The position numbers were made by a program, and so were the translations under genes. The notes beneath the pieces were generated by a model. It saw only the letters and a list, made by a program, of their open reading frames with translations, ran no database searches and was not told where the DNA came from. DNA of 59,501 nucleotides, the filler included, from Sphacelaria rigidula (taxonomy: Eukaryota), in the NCBI GenBank assembly GCA_964200075.2. It is 7 parts of 7 records of this genome, joined end to end, with 100 filler letters (N's around TTAATTAATTAA, not from the genome) between each part and the next. Parts side by side here need not be neighbours in the genome. Positions count along the whole stretch, not along the records: positions 25,546 to 33,960 come from CAXNAA020011221.1; positions 34,061 to 42,474 come from CAXNAA020011222.1; 5 more parts are not named here. One strand, written 5' to 3'. Positions 26,832 to 39,345 of the stretch are shown piece by piece (position 1 is the stretch's first letter; every line of letters begins with the position of its first letter).

Positions 26832-27248
26832 GACACCATCCAATAATGACCCCTTTTGGCCCGATTTGGTCACTCTGAGAGTTGAGGGTTCCAGGGGTAC
26901 GCCTCCAGGAGTGTTATGCCGCTTCCGTGCCCCGAGACGAGTCCGTAATCCGAAGGGATCATCCCTTCTCTCCCCGATACGAGTATAAACCTGACAGTTG
27001 ATGATTCAAGCAGTAGATCACCACTTCGACATCCCATCGGCTCGTGTGACCGAATAGATACAGTATATATATATATTGTCACACACGGGTTGATGGACTG
27101 CAGAAGCGGTAATTCACTGCTTAAATCATCTGTCAGGTTTGTACTTAACCTAGGGGAGAGACGTGCTGATCCCTCCCGAAGCCGGACCCCCGAACCCGTC
27201 CGAGTGGCGAATTCGGGGCGTGGAGGTGGTCATTATCGGATGGTGTCG
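26832..27248. repeat. Inverted repeat pair around a (TA)n centre
   Basis: GACACCATCCAATAATGACC / GGTCATTATCGGATGGTGTC, AAACCTGACAG / CTGTCAGGTTT, CGTGTG arms. Confidence 0.75.
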
Positions 27249-27896
27249 CCAATTACAAGAATTATTCCCATCTTGAGACGGTGGTTGAATGCTCGAACAG
27301 TGGGTAGGTGTACTTTATCGCCTGAAAACGCCAAATTCAACAGTATCCCACAGGAGAGTGAAGTATCTATTCACCTTGGTTGCGAAAGCCTTCGGATTTC
27401 ACTTGAATTTAGTATGGCGTTATTTTTTTGTAATTTCCAGGGTTTATATTTAACCTAGACTGGGGGCAAGTAATATGTTGATTGCCGGCCGCTAACGATA
27501 CGTAGTTTGGGTTTGAGACAGCATCACGACGAACAAATGGCGTCCACTCCAGGGATAACTTGAGCATTCAAACCCAGCAGATTCGCCCAAACTATCATCT
27601 CCGCCCTCCCCGACGTCGTCGGCAAAGCCACAACGATGGGAGTGTCCATATCAAACAACCAGAGAGCACCGAAAAAATAACGCACCCTGGATGATGACGA
27701 CATATCGCATTGTCGAAAAGTGTACTGCATATAGTATTGACTGCAGCCTCTATTGCAATAGACCATAGATTCTACACTGGACGCGGTACAATTTTTGACT
27801 GAAAGTTTTTGTCCAGGGTGATGAAAAGACCCATGTTGGATCGTGCTAAGCTCCGGCGATTGTTGATGCGTATATGTGTTCAATGACGTACTGCAG

Positions 27897-28040
27897 GTTA
27901 GGAACACCGTGATGACGTTCGAGCCCTTCCACTGCACTTTCGTTGGTGACACCACCGGCTTCGGTGTAGAACCCGCTGAAGGCACCTTGGCACGCCGAGG
28001 CGGCGAACCTACCGTCCTTGACGTGAAGTACTTGGGAAAG
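27897..28040 (+). CDS. Internal exon of a hypothetical protein with a probable Ig-like beta-sandwich domain
   Basis: CTGCAG| acceptor and AAG|GTGAGC donor, 48 codons, phase 0: VRNTVMTFEPFHCTFVGDTTGFGVEPAEGTLARRGGEPTVLDVKYLGK. Confidence 0.75.
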
Positions 28041-28497
28041 GTGAGCAGGTAGTGAGCTAGGGTGGGGGCTGGAAGAATGGACCCACAAGGTTTATGGTCT
28101 GCTTTTCGAATCGTGGATGTCCTGTCTCACTTTTGCCCAACTCCCGGTTGCGATTGTGGGCCCCGGTTCGAAGGGCTGCTATTATAGTAGAATTTGTAGG
28201 TGCACTTCAAACGTGGGGCTGCCAACACCCTCTTACATCACGGGAAATTACATGGTTGAACGTCATTATCCGAGCATATGGTTGCGTGCAAAAAATCCAT
28301 CTATTTGATTTGTTCACCCCCGCCTGATGTTTTTCGAACCATTCATTGCAGAAGGCCTTCATCCATGCATGCTCGAGTTGGATGAGTTACTCAAAATTGA
28401 AATTTGTGCACACACTCTTGGTTATTGTTGATGGAAAATAAACGCTGCGCGCGACTTGATTTCGTGTTTTCGGGGCGCTTCCTTGCTCATTTCACAG

Positions 28498-28563
28498 GGC
28501 CCTGCCGACAACCGTATTGGCACTCTCGTTGTTGAGACGGAGGAAGACAAATGGGTCTACAAG
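28498..28563 (+). CDS. Penultimate exon of the same protein (GPADNRIGTLVVETEEDKWVYK)
   Basis: TTTCACAG| acceptor after a pyrimidine tract, AAG|GTGAGG donor, phase 0. Confidence 0.75.
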
Positions 28564-28865
28564 GTGAGGGAAACACAAATGAAATATGAGGAGAATGACC
28601 TCACATGTATGTGCTGTTTTCCTTTTGTTTTTCCGAATGGTCACACAAGAGTCGATGGGCTGCGCTGTGCCCGCCGGAAATGTTGTCCGGGGAAAAAATA
28701 GTTTCCAAAATGTGGGGGATTTCAGCAAACGACGTGTCTCGTTGTATTTTGAACACTTGAGCTGTCAGCTATTAATGTGGAAAGATGGAAGCTTTCGTGT
28801 CTATGCTGTAAACCATCTTGCTGCACCACGTGCTTGTTACTGCCCCGGATCCTTTTCTACTGCAG

Positions 28866-28886
28866 GTTGAAGGCGTCATGCAGTAA
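28866..28886 (+). CDS. Terminal micro-exon (VEGVMQ*) of the same protein
   Basis: TTTTCTACTGCAG| acceptor, then an in-phase GTT GAA GGC GTC ATG CAG TAA. Confidence 0.6.
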   Translation, partial: VEGVMQ

Positions 28887-30647
28887 GAGTGATCGGCGAC
28901 ATTTCACCCGGCGTTTAGCGTGGAGCACTGAGCGTGCAGAACATGGGGTAGGGGGGCGGGGGGGGAGGCGTACTCATTTGTTGCTTGCCTTAGACCATTG
29001 ACATGGGGTAGGGGGGGGGGAGGTGTGCATACATCACAAATAGAAAGATGCAAAGATATTTTCTGTAGACGATGGACCANNNNTGTCTTTGCTCGTTCCC
29101 ACATTGTATACTTTTTTGGTGTCCCTGTTTTTGTTTTCCAGGGGACGGGTGGAAGGAAGTGTGCATACATCACAAATAGAAAGATGCAAAGATATTTTCT
29201 GTAGACGATGGACCACAGAAAGGGGTGAGCAAGACGCAGGGTTTGTCTCTTTTGCTGTCCGGATGAGCTTGACGCGTGAAGACACTCGCATTATGTACTA
29301 TGGTGGGCAGGAACTGTTGTGTTGGCTCTGGCATGTTGCACTTGGTGGTTCTTGGGAAGGCCTGTGACATGCTCCATGTCGACGGCAAATTTCGACGGTG
29401 TGCGGGCGAGATCGTCGAAACCAACCACGGGTCTCATGTTTTTTTTTTTGTAACATCCCCTCCCTCCCCTTCCACGCTGTCTTTCCACAAATCGCATGCG
29501 ATGTGCTTACTGGGCCACGCCTCGTATTTTTTCTCTGGCCTGAGGGTCGTGTGTCCAATATACCAAGTAGTGTTTTTTGGTGAGTTTGATTTTGTGTACG
29601 ATAGATCTGCAAGAATACATTCTAATTGTTGCAGTACTAAATTTACGACTGTTTTTTTAGCAAATTTGATTTGAATGTAATTTGCCACTGGAAACCGTGC
29701 CGCGATCGCTGGAATACGGGTGGGCGATTGAGGAAGACCGATTCCGTCGAAACCAAGTGGCACTGTGCTGTCTTCGTGTGTTTCAGGCGAGGCCATCTTG
29801 CTGCCTTCTGCGTGCGCACCGTGGCTCCTCGCAACACGCCCCCCACCTCCAAGAAGGCGTGGGTTCATTTCAGACAATGTCTTGCGTATCGTGCCGGATC
29901 TACTTCACTGGAAACGGTCGACCCTTGATTATACAGCCAAGAAGGCAGTGAAGACATGAAGAAACCGGTCAGTCCCCAGCGGAAGAACACCTCTGCATTC
30001 CGGCGAAAAATACCGCTATCATGGAAGCAATTTGTTCAAGAGTACAATCTGGTCGTGCCGTTCGTACATGCCCATTTTTGCACGAAAGAACTAAGGCGTA
30101 AACCGTTTGGCTGAGGGATAATGGTTGACATCGAACGGTATGCAGCGTCTTCCGAGTACCGGATTGTTTCATGAGGTTACTTGACGGTGTAAAAGATTAC
30201 CGTCTCCTGAAGGCGGGTGGTCTTCGCCGTAGTCTTTGACTTCCTACTTAAGCCTACGCCTAATTCACCGAACAACAAATCGTGAGCCCAAAAAATGAGC
30301 ACTTTCTGAGGAAGGGAGATGGTTTTTTACTGATGGCAACTACTTCGACCGTTTGATGACGTCTTGAGCGTGACAAAACAGTAGAGCAACTATCAGTGCC
30401 GCCTCAAGATGAACGGGTGTGCTAACTGGGAGGATTCCAATACGCTAAGTCAGCCGAATTCACTTGAGGACAGATTGATTCGACAGTTAGCATGAACCAT
30501 GTATGTAGATGACCGAATGCACGATGTGTGCGAAGACGTGCGGGGAAACTACAACTTCGTTCTCGGAACACGAAAATTCGGTGATAGCATTTTGATGAAT
30601 GGTCGTTTGGTTCATCTCGAGACTGCAGCGCTGCACGTTCGTTTGTT

Positions 30648-33600
30648 CTCCTCGCACAGCAATTTCACACGCCCACACATCACCAATCGTGTACAGCATG
30701 CTGCCGACTGCAACCCCTTGCTTGGTGATGGTTCGCTGGAGCCATCTCCTCTGCTCCGCCAGTGCCCATGTTACCAAGAAGCTGTTGTTAAGCGCTGGTA
30801 CCGACGACAACAGCAGCACACGCGCGATGTGAACGTTTGGCTCTACACGGGGACAACATATGAAAACGTGGAAGAAGATCGCTCGCTCCTTTTCGCCCAG
30901 GGATCATTTCTCCATCACGCCAAGCAAGTGCACACACTCGAACATCGAAGATCGTGTATAACATGCTACCGACTGCAACACCTTGCTTTGTAATCGCTCG
31001 CTAGCGCCACCTCCTCTGCTCCGCAAGCGCCCGTGCTACTAACAAGCTGTTGTCATGCGCTGGTACCAACGACAACAGCAGCACACGCGCGGGGTAAAGG
31101 TTCCGTTCTACGCGGCAACAAAACATCGAAACCCGAAGAAACATCGCTCGCTTCTTTTCGCTCGGGGATTCTTTTTCCTCCTCGCCAAGCGATTGCACAA
31201 GCACGCATCACCCATCGTGTACAGCATGCTGCCGACTGTAACACCTTGCTTGGTAATCGCTCGCTGGAGCCACCTCCTCTACTCCGCCAGCGCCCGTGCT
31301 ACCAACAAGCTGTTGTCAAGCGCTGGTACCAACGACAGCAGCAGCACACGCGATGTGAACGTTCCGTTCTACGCGCCGACAAAATATGAAAACGTGAAAC
31401 AACATCGCTCGCTTCTTTTCGCCCACGGATCGGTTCTCCATCACGCCAAGCGATTGCACATGCCCATGCATCACCGATTGTGTACAGCATGCTGCCGACT
31501 GGAACACCTCGCTTGGTAATCGCTCGCTGGAGCTACCTCTTTGCTCGGCCAGTGCCCGTGCTACCAACAAGCTGTTGTCAAGCGCTCGTACCAACGACAA
31601 CGGCAGCACACGCGCGATGTGAGGATTTCGTTCTACGCAGCGACAAAAAGTCCGAACGTGAAGAAATATCGCTTGCTTCTTTCCGCCCACGTATACTGTT
31701 TCTTCCTCGCCAAGCGATTGCACACGCCAACGCATCAAAAATCGTGTACAGCATGCTGCCGACTGCAACGCCTTGCTTGGTGATCGCTCGCTGGAGCCAC
31801 CTCGTCTGCTCCGCCAGTGCCCGTGCTACCAACAAGCTGTTGTCAAGCGCTGGTACCAACGACAACAGCAGCACACGCGTAATATGAACGTTCCGTTCTA
31901 CGCGGCGACAAAACTTTCGGACGGGAAAAACATCGCTTGCTTTTTTTGCCCACGGATCGTTTCTTCATCACGCCAAGCGATTGCCCGCATCCACGCATGA
32001 CCGCTCGTATACAAAATGCTGCCGACTGCAACACCTTGCTTGGTGATCGCTCGCTGTCCACATCTCCTCTGCTCCGCCAGTGCCCGTGCTACCAACAAGC
32101 TGTTGTCAAGCGCTGGTACCAACGACAACGGCAGCACACGCGCGATATGAACGTTCCGTTCTACGCGGCGACAAAACTTCCAAACGGGAAAAAATATCGC
32201 TTGCTTCTTTTCGTACGGGAATACTTTTGCCCCCTCGCCCAGCGATTGCACACGCCCACACATCACCGATCGTGTACAGCATGCTGCCGACTGCAACACC
32301 TTGCTTGGTAATCGCTCGCTAGAGCCACCTCCCCAGCTCCGCCAATGCCCGTGCTACCAACAAGCTGTTGTCAAGCGCTGGTACCAACGACAACAGAAGC
32401 ACACGCGCGATGTGAACGTTGGGTTGTACGAGGCGACAAAACTTTCGGACGAGAGAAAACATCGATCTCTCCTTTTCTCCCACGGATCGTTTCTCCATCT
32501 CGCCCAGCGATTGCACACGCCCACACATCACCGATCGTGTACAGCATGCTGCCGAGTGCAACCCCTTGCTTGGTGGTGGTTCGCTGGAGCCATCTCCTCT
32601 GCTCCGCCAGTGCCCGTGTTACCAACAAGCTGTTGTCAAGCGCTGGTACCAACGAGAACGGCAGCACACGCGCTACGTGAACGTTTGGTTGTACGAGGCG
32701 ACAAAACTTTCGGACGGGAGAAAACATCGCCCTCTCCTTTTCGCCCAGGGATCGTTTCTCCATCACGCCCAGCGATTGCACACGCCCACGTATCACCGAT
32801 AGTGTACAGCATGCCGGCTACTGCAACACCTTACTTGGTGATGGTTTGCTGTCCACATCTCCTCTGCTCCGCCAGTATTCGTGCTACCAACAAGCTGTTG
32901 TCAAGCGCTGGTACCAACGACAACGGCAGCACACGCGCGATGTGAGGATGTCGTTCTACGCGCCGACGAAAATCCAAAGGTGAAAACAAATCGCTTGCTT
33001 CTTTTCGTCAAGGAATATTTTTGCCCCCTCGCCCAGCGATTGCACACGCCCCAACATCGAAGATCGTGTACAGCATGCTGCCGACTGCAACACCTTGCTT
33101 GGTAATCGCTCGCTGTCCACATCTCCTCTGCTCCGCCAGCGCTCGTGCTACCAACAAGCTGTTGTCAAGCGCTGGTACCAACGACAACGGCAGCACACGC
33201 GCGATGTGAAGGTTCCGTTCTACGCGGCGACAAAAATTCCAAACGTGAAAAAGCATCGCTTGCGTCTTTTCGTCAAGGAATACTTTTCCCCCCTCGCCCA
33301 GCGATCGCGCACGCCCGAACATCGAAGATCGTGTACAACATGCTGCCGACTGCAACACCTTGCTTGGTGATCGCTCGCTGGAGCCACCTCCTCTGCTCCG
33401 CCAGTGCCAGTGCTACCAACAAGCTGTTGTCAAGCGCTGGTACCAACGACAACAGCAGCACACGCCGATGTGAACGTTCAGTTCTACGCGACGACGAAAT
33501 TTGAACACGTGAAAAAGATCGCTTGCTGTTGTTAACCCACGGATCCGTTCTTCGTCACGGCAAGCGATTGCACACGCCCACACATCACCGATCGTGTACA

Positions 33601-33960
33601 GCATGCCGCCGACTGCAACCCCTTGCTTGGTCATCGCTCGCTAGAGCCACCCCCTCAGCTCAGCCAGTGCCCGTGTTACCAACAAGCTGTTGTCAAGCGC
33701 TGGTACCAACGACAACAGCAGCACACGCGCGATGTGAACGTTTGGTTGTACGAGGCGACATAACTTTCGGACGGGAGGAAACATCGCTCTCTCCTTTTCG
33801 CCCACGGGTCGTTTCTTCATCACGCCCAGCGATTGCACACGCCCACGTATCACCGATATTGTACAGCATGCCGGTGACTGCAACACCTCGCTTGGTGATC
33901 GCTCGCTGGAGCCATCTCCTCTGCTCTGCCAGTGCCCGTGCTACCAACAAGCCGTTGTCA
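30648..33960. repeat. Satellite array, ~264-bp unit, about 12.5 copies, running off the scaffold end
   Basis: GCGCT(G/C)GTACC recurs at 30792, 31057, 31320, 31582, 31847, 32110, 32375, 32640, 32905, 33169, 33434 and 33697 (spacing 262-265). Confidence 0.97.
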
Positions 33961-34539
33961 NNNNNNNNNNNNNNNNNNNNNNNNNNNNNNNNNNNNNNNN
34001 NNNNTTAATTAATTAANNNNNNNNNNNNNNNNNNNNNNNNNNNNNNNNNNNNNNNNNNNNCTTGGTGCCCCCCATACAACCTCTGCCCCCAGACCCCCCC
34101 CCCCTGGCCAGACGGCGCCGGGTGGGGGGGGGGGGGGGGAATGGGATTTGATTGTACGAAAGAAGGGACTGACAGGTGTGTCAGACGACAGTACTCCTCG
34201 CGGTGCATTTTTATGTGGGTGAAAACGCTGTCAAGTGGTATGAATTAGTGTGTCTTATTGCTTACAAGCGTGTTGGAACAAGTGCAGCTTTCAACGACAA
34301 TTTGAGGTGGAATTTTGTGGAAATGGCTCGGGATACGCCCCCGCCCCCGGCGTGCTCAGATACCAGTAGTCGAGAGGAGGAGGAAGTAGATGATAGAGTT
34401 GCCCCTGTGGTGAAGCAGTAGAGGGTAGACCTCATATAGTGGCAGAATGTGAACTGTACAAGGAGGAACGGGACGTGCTAAAGGGGGAAATGCGGGACGT
34501 GAACGCGGGTGGTATGAAAAATCGTTTGATCCATTACAC

Positions 34540-34770
34540 AGTACGGGAAAAAACGATAGGTATTCTAGGAGGTAGATGATGACCGGAGACGGCGAAACAG
34601 GACGGGGATAAGATATGTAAACGGTTTTTGTGTAGTGAACGGGAAAAACGTGATGAGCACCGGAATGTTGGAGGCGTGTCTATTAGGAGTAGGAACGGCG
34701 CTCAGTCTCGAAAGGGATGCGTGGTCAATGGTCAAACGACGAAGGCAAGCAACGAATGAGTACGCCCCCT
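34540..34770 (+). mobile_element. Longest visible copy of a retroposon-like family ending ...GGCAAGCAACAAATGAGTACGCCCCC
   Basis: Aligns (inverted) with 21684-21910. Shorter copies sharing the same end at ~68-130, ~15803-15862, ~18830-18925, 28969-29000, ~34783-34852 and ~37175-37220. Confidence 0.75.
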
Positions 34771-35520
34771 GGCGTGCTCCTTTCCGGCTTTGTAGGGATG
34801 CGAAGTCAATGTACATATGACGACGGCATGCAAGATCATGAGTACGCCCCCGCCCTTCCCTGCCATAGCAACACTTCGGGAAAGAAAAATGCTGATTTCA
34901 TAGATCAAGATAGATGGTCGTTTATGTCCATGCCCTTCGTGTTGAACTATCGACTCCTCAGATCGGAATTTTCCTTTTCCACCGCACTTTTTTTATCGAA
35001 AAAATTGTTTGCTAAGACATGGTCGTCATTTTTGTCCACGTCATTTGTATTAAAATAACGACTATCTCATATCGATTTTTTTTATTTTCCAGTGCATTTT
35101 CGGTCTGAAACATGAGTTGCTAAGACACGCCCTACAGAAGCGGTCCAAAGGTCGAAAGTAAATATACCTGATTATATAGTGCGTCATCGTGAAACCCTAT
35201 CACCCTGTCGCCGCTAGGATGGGTGATCTGTTGAATCGGCATCATCACCGCTTGGAGGATGATGGGGAGACCCAGATCGCCCATCCCGTCTCCTCCCTCC
35301 GAGAGTTGTTCACCATCTCATGCGCCTATTGGATCATAATTCCGGCTAACCTGACTACGCCCCAACCCTAACCCTAACCCTGACCCTAATCCCAACGGAG
35401 GTAGACCTTGAACCTTCGAGCACAGCGTGCGTATATACATCCTACGTGAGCAAATCGTACGCCGTACGACACGACCCCTGCCCAGTAGGGAGAAAAGGAT
35501 TTCACTGAAGGTCAAGTTAA

Positions 35521-35900
35521 CCCTCGGACGGCGGTGCGGGTAGTCCATGTGGATCACGCACACTTTTTTCAAGTGATTATTGATGCCGATTCAGCACGTG
35601 ACCTACCCTCGCCGTCTCAGGGTTAACCCTTTCACCACGAGGGTAGTCCATCTGGAGCATGCATAGTTTTTTCAGGTGAAACTAACGCCGACTCAACAGA
35701 TGACCTATGCTCGCGTTGAAAGGGTGGAAGCCATCTGAAGATCCAAGGGGCGCCTAGGACGGTAAAAACTCTGCTCAGAAGAAAATACGCGGAATAATTG
35801 AACCCTTAGACCGCGAGGTTAGTCTTGTGTTGAATCGGCATCAATTTCAAGTGAAATAAAGTATGCATGATCCAGGAAGACTCATCTCGCGGTCTAAAGG
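35521..35900. mobile_element. Cluster of three ~100-bp piggyBac-type MITEs (35521-35622, 35627-35724, 35803-35900)
   Basis: TTAA-CCCT...AGGG-TTAA termini and a shared core TGATGCCGATTCA/GAATCGGCATCA. Other copies at ~17186-17284, ~35194-35290, ~40130-40225, ~40410-40490, ~40788-40890, ~41540-41655 and ~48858-48950. Confidence 0.8.
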
Positions 35901-38900
35901 TTAAGCGCCCGAGCGTGCTGCTATAGTCTTCCTCGTCTACAGTATCGATATCCTCCCCTGGGCTGTCAGGCGCTTCTGGAGCAGCAGCAGGCCGTGCATG
36001 TTAAAAGTATCCACCCCTCAATCGCGAAATATCCACGTACGTGAGTTCATCCCAGTACATCTCAATTGTTTGTGTGCTGTTACTTTTGCGGTGATGAGGC
36101 CCGAGGTGTTCCTGGTCGATGGGCTGCCCTTCTCAGTAGTAGACTCAACCATCTGAGCATCTGGGGTTTGAAAAAACAAATCCGAATCTGTTGTACATGG
36201 TTTACTTCGCGAGAGTTTCCGTTCTCTTCACCTTGACAACTTCTACCGTGTGGCAACGGATCCATTGGGGATCACTCATTGTGCGACAATGAGTCAATCA
36301 ATCAATCAGTCAAGGGTTTTCTTTGGGTTTAACCGTGCCCTACTCCCTGGGACGCGAGAGACACTCCTTGACCACGGCGCGGCACGCCGCAGCGCTTCGC
36401 GCTTTTGCTCACACCGAACCCCAACTGAGGGCGAAAACAACACTGCCCTATCCTGGGGATATTTCATGCACTCCCTCGGCGGGGAGGATCGCGGTCTGTC
36501 TCCCTTGGGTTTAGGGTTAGGGCTCAAGCCCAGCGTCAGGGTTTTGCGAAGTACTAATATCTCGACTTTGCTTCCACGTCCCAGATGGTAACCTTGCCGT
36601 TCGGCGACCTAGCGGTCTGTTTGATCCCTCATGGATGCCGACGCACCACTTTTTGTCTTGGTTTTTGCACACTCTTCCACCAACCTCTCAGATGGGTATG
36701 GTGTATACAGACTCGAGCTGAGGGACGTTGCAAGGAGGTTTGCTCCATGAGGGTAGGGGGACACCCCTACTCTGTTGTCTACCCGTACAGCGGACTGTCT
36801 TGGTGGCAATCATGGTTTGAGGGCTGAATGAGAAGCGGCGGCGAGGTGGAGCGCAGCCGAAAGCCCTGTACGGAACTAGAAATAGCGAAGTGCAGGGTGA
36901 AGATTCTCATCTATCCGACGTACCTGTCTTCTGGGGACGAAAAAAAGAGAAAAAAAGCGGTTCTCCTACAGTCAAGATTCCAAACTTTTGGTTGTCAAAG
37001 GGTTGACACTTCGATCGCCTCTAGCAGTCCCTTCGCGTCCGTGGATTGCCAATTCGCCACTTTTGATGGTGATTTTTCATGAATCGTTTCTGTCGCGGTA
37101 AATATCTCAGACTCTCTGTGGTTGAAAGGCTATAACCCCCCATCACCCAGCTGTTCCCCCTCTTGTGGCTCTCGTGGTCAACGGTCACACAACTACGGCA
37201 AGCAACAAATGAGTACGCCCTGGCTCTCAAAGGGTCGACCGTTGAGAGTGCTGAGCGAGCAACTTGAGCTCGATGCATTCCATTCCGGATGTTTCCGTGT
37301 TTCAGTTTTTGACATGCAAGATAATTCTTCAGTAAAATATCCACAACGGTTCGCAATCACCGGCTTTCCCTTGGCCCTTGTGCTCGTAGCTCTTCACGGG
37401 CATACTGAATTTGCTTTCTCTTCTCTTTTCGACCATTATTATCGACACTGCATTATCGGAGATGTCCGGTTGTATTGGGACGTTGATAACTGACGACTCT
37501 CGCAAGCTTGTTAGTGCCCCGGCGTACACACGGGGTAACTCTCGGAGTGCTTGGCTGTAGTCCTAAATAGTCATTCTTGTCCCAGAATAAAAAATTCGGA
37601 GAAATAATCAAAAGCCGCGAGGCGACCTATAGTTTTGGTTTTCGGTTTGGTCGTTTATCTATGGTTGATATTTTCGAACGAACTAACGATAACCCTAACC
37701 CTATCCCCGACCCAAGGCGTATGAGACCCTCGGGCAAAAGGGATGCATACGTTCCGCTGGGCAAATGGTGCGTTTGTAGACCTGAAATCGACGCCATAGG
37801 CGCCGATTTCCACAAGAACACGTTCTGGACGAGCTGAGTGCACTGCTCACCTGCCCCAAACCATATAATTTCTCAGAGCTTCCTCAAGTCTAAAATCAAG
37901 TGGTCCTGTTGTCAACCATGGATGTACGACCAGAGCTTCAGGTGTGCTGCAATCACACGCTTCCTTATTGGAGATGCCCGAAAGCACAGTCTGACATGTC
38001 TGACAATTTCGGAGGTCTCCGCAAACAGTGTGGATAATGATGAGTCTTAGGCAGGGGTTCGGAATGCATCATCTCTTGGTGGAGAGAAAGCGCTGACGTG
38101 AAAGAAAAGCTCGCTATCGATAATCCGCGCGTCACAGTACAGCACAGTACAGTACAGTTATTCGTGCATAAGTCGGGGCCAGCGGCATGTTGTTGTTGCT
38201 GTTGTTGTTGCTTTCACATTAAAGATCGTTCCGATATCTGCGTGGTCCATTCGTACTGGGCACCTGATGCGAACGCCTTCCGTCGTCGCAGGCTAGCTAC
38301 CTATAATAAAGTATGGTGAAACAAAACAAAAAAAAATGGACCCAGATGAAAAAAATGTACACCGGTAATTTCCAGCCAACAGTACAGTACAGTCCGGTAG
38401 AGTAGAGTACAGTGCACTACAGCAGTAGTGTATAAGTCGTGATTTCGCCGAGACGGAGTGATGTATTCGTGTGGTCAACGCTCACAACTGTTTGTTGCTG
38501 AACAGCTGGAGGGCATGGGGTGCGCGGTGGAGGGTGTAGGTGCTCCAGCAAGCGACGCGAACGGATGTGGTTGGGTTGTTGCTGTCTTGATTGTGGCTCG
38601 GAAGTCTGCGGGGATTTTGCTCCAACCCCCGACAACCAATTGAGTACGATGGCGGACAAATGTCGCCACACACACGACAGACAGACAGACACACAGACAC
38701 ACAGACACACACACACACACGAGCAACACGCATGGAACTGCAATGAAACTGTCCTTGCCACAACTCCCTGCTTCCATGATCGGTTGTTTGCTGAGCCTTC
38801 GGCCAGACAGGCTGAAAAAACAGAAGGTAGAGTTGACCCCAGTTGGGCTACAATTAACCCGTTGTTGATGTTACTCCATCTGAGTTTGAACAACCGGAAT

Positions 38901-39345
38901 CGGATCTTTAGTGGAGAGGATAGTCCCGTTTGCTCCTGGCGTGCGCTGGACGCGTTTCTGTTCGTGTTGGCTCCGCAGGCCCCGATTTAAAGTCTTCCAA
39001 CGCACACTTTGCTCAAGGAGCACAACCCTATGCAGCCCCCTCTCCCGAGGGTTCTCGTTATACCTTGCTCGGGGTCGGAGTCAGGGTTAGGGCTAGGGCT
39101 AGGGCTAGGGCTAGGGCTAGAAATAGTTGCAAAATATGTCAAGCAAGGGTGGATTGTAGCCCAGCTGGGGTTAACCCTCCTCAAGAAAATCTGAACCTGC
39201 ACTATCAAACCACTTTGCCATGTAGTCCTCTTATTGGTGAAAATAATCCCGGTAAAGAAATTCTGCAAGGGTGTGTTGTGTAGGGCATCTTCCTGCATTT
39301 GGGTACAGTATTTTGAAAATCGTATTCCAACAGAGCCACATCTTT

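Noticed and set aside
29023-29216. ~57-bp exact direct duplication
   Set aside because: The first copy ends at an N gap, so it is most likely a scaffolding overlap artefact.
30648-33960. CRISPR-like array (conserved palindromic repeat plus variable part)
   Set aside because: The variable parts are homologous to each other rather than unique spacers. The unit is 264 bp, there are no cas genes, and the context is eukaryotic.
30487-34008. Many overlapping ORFs in the array as a repeat protein
   Set aside because: Unit spacing of 262-265 bp does not preserve frame, and no consistent splice sites were seen.
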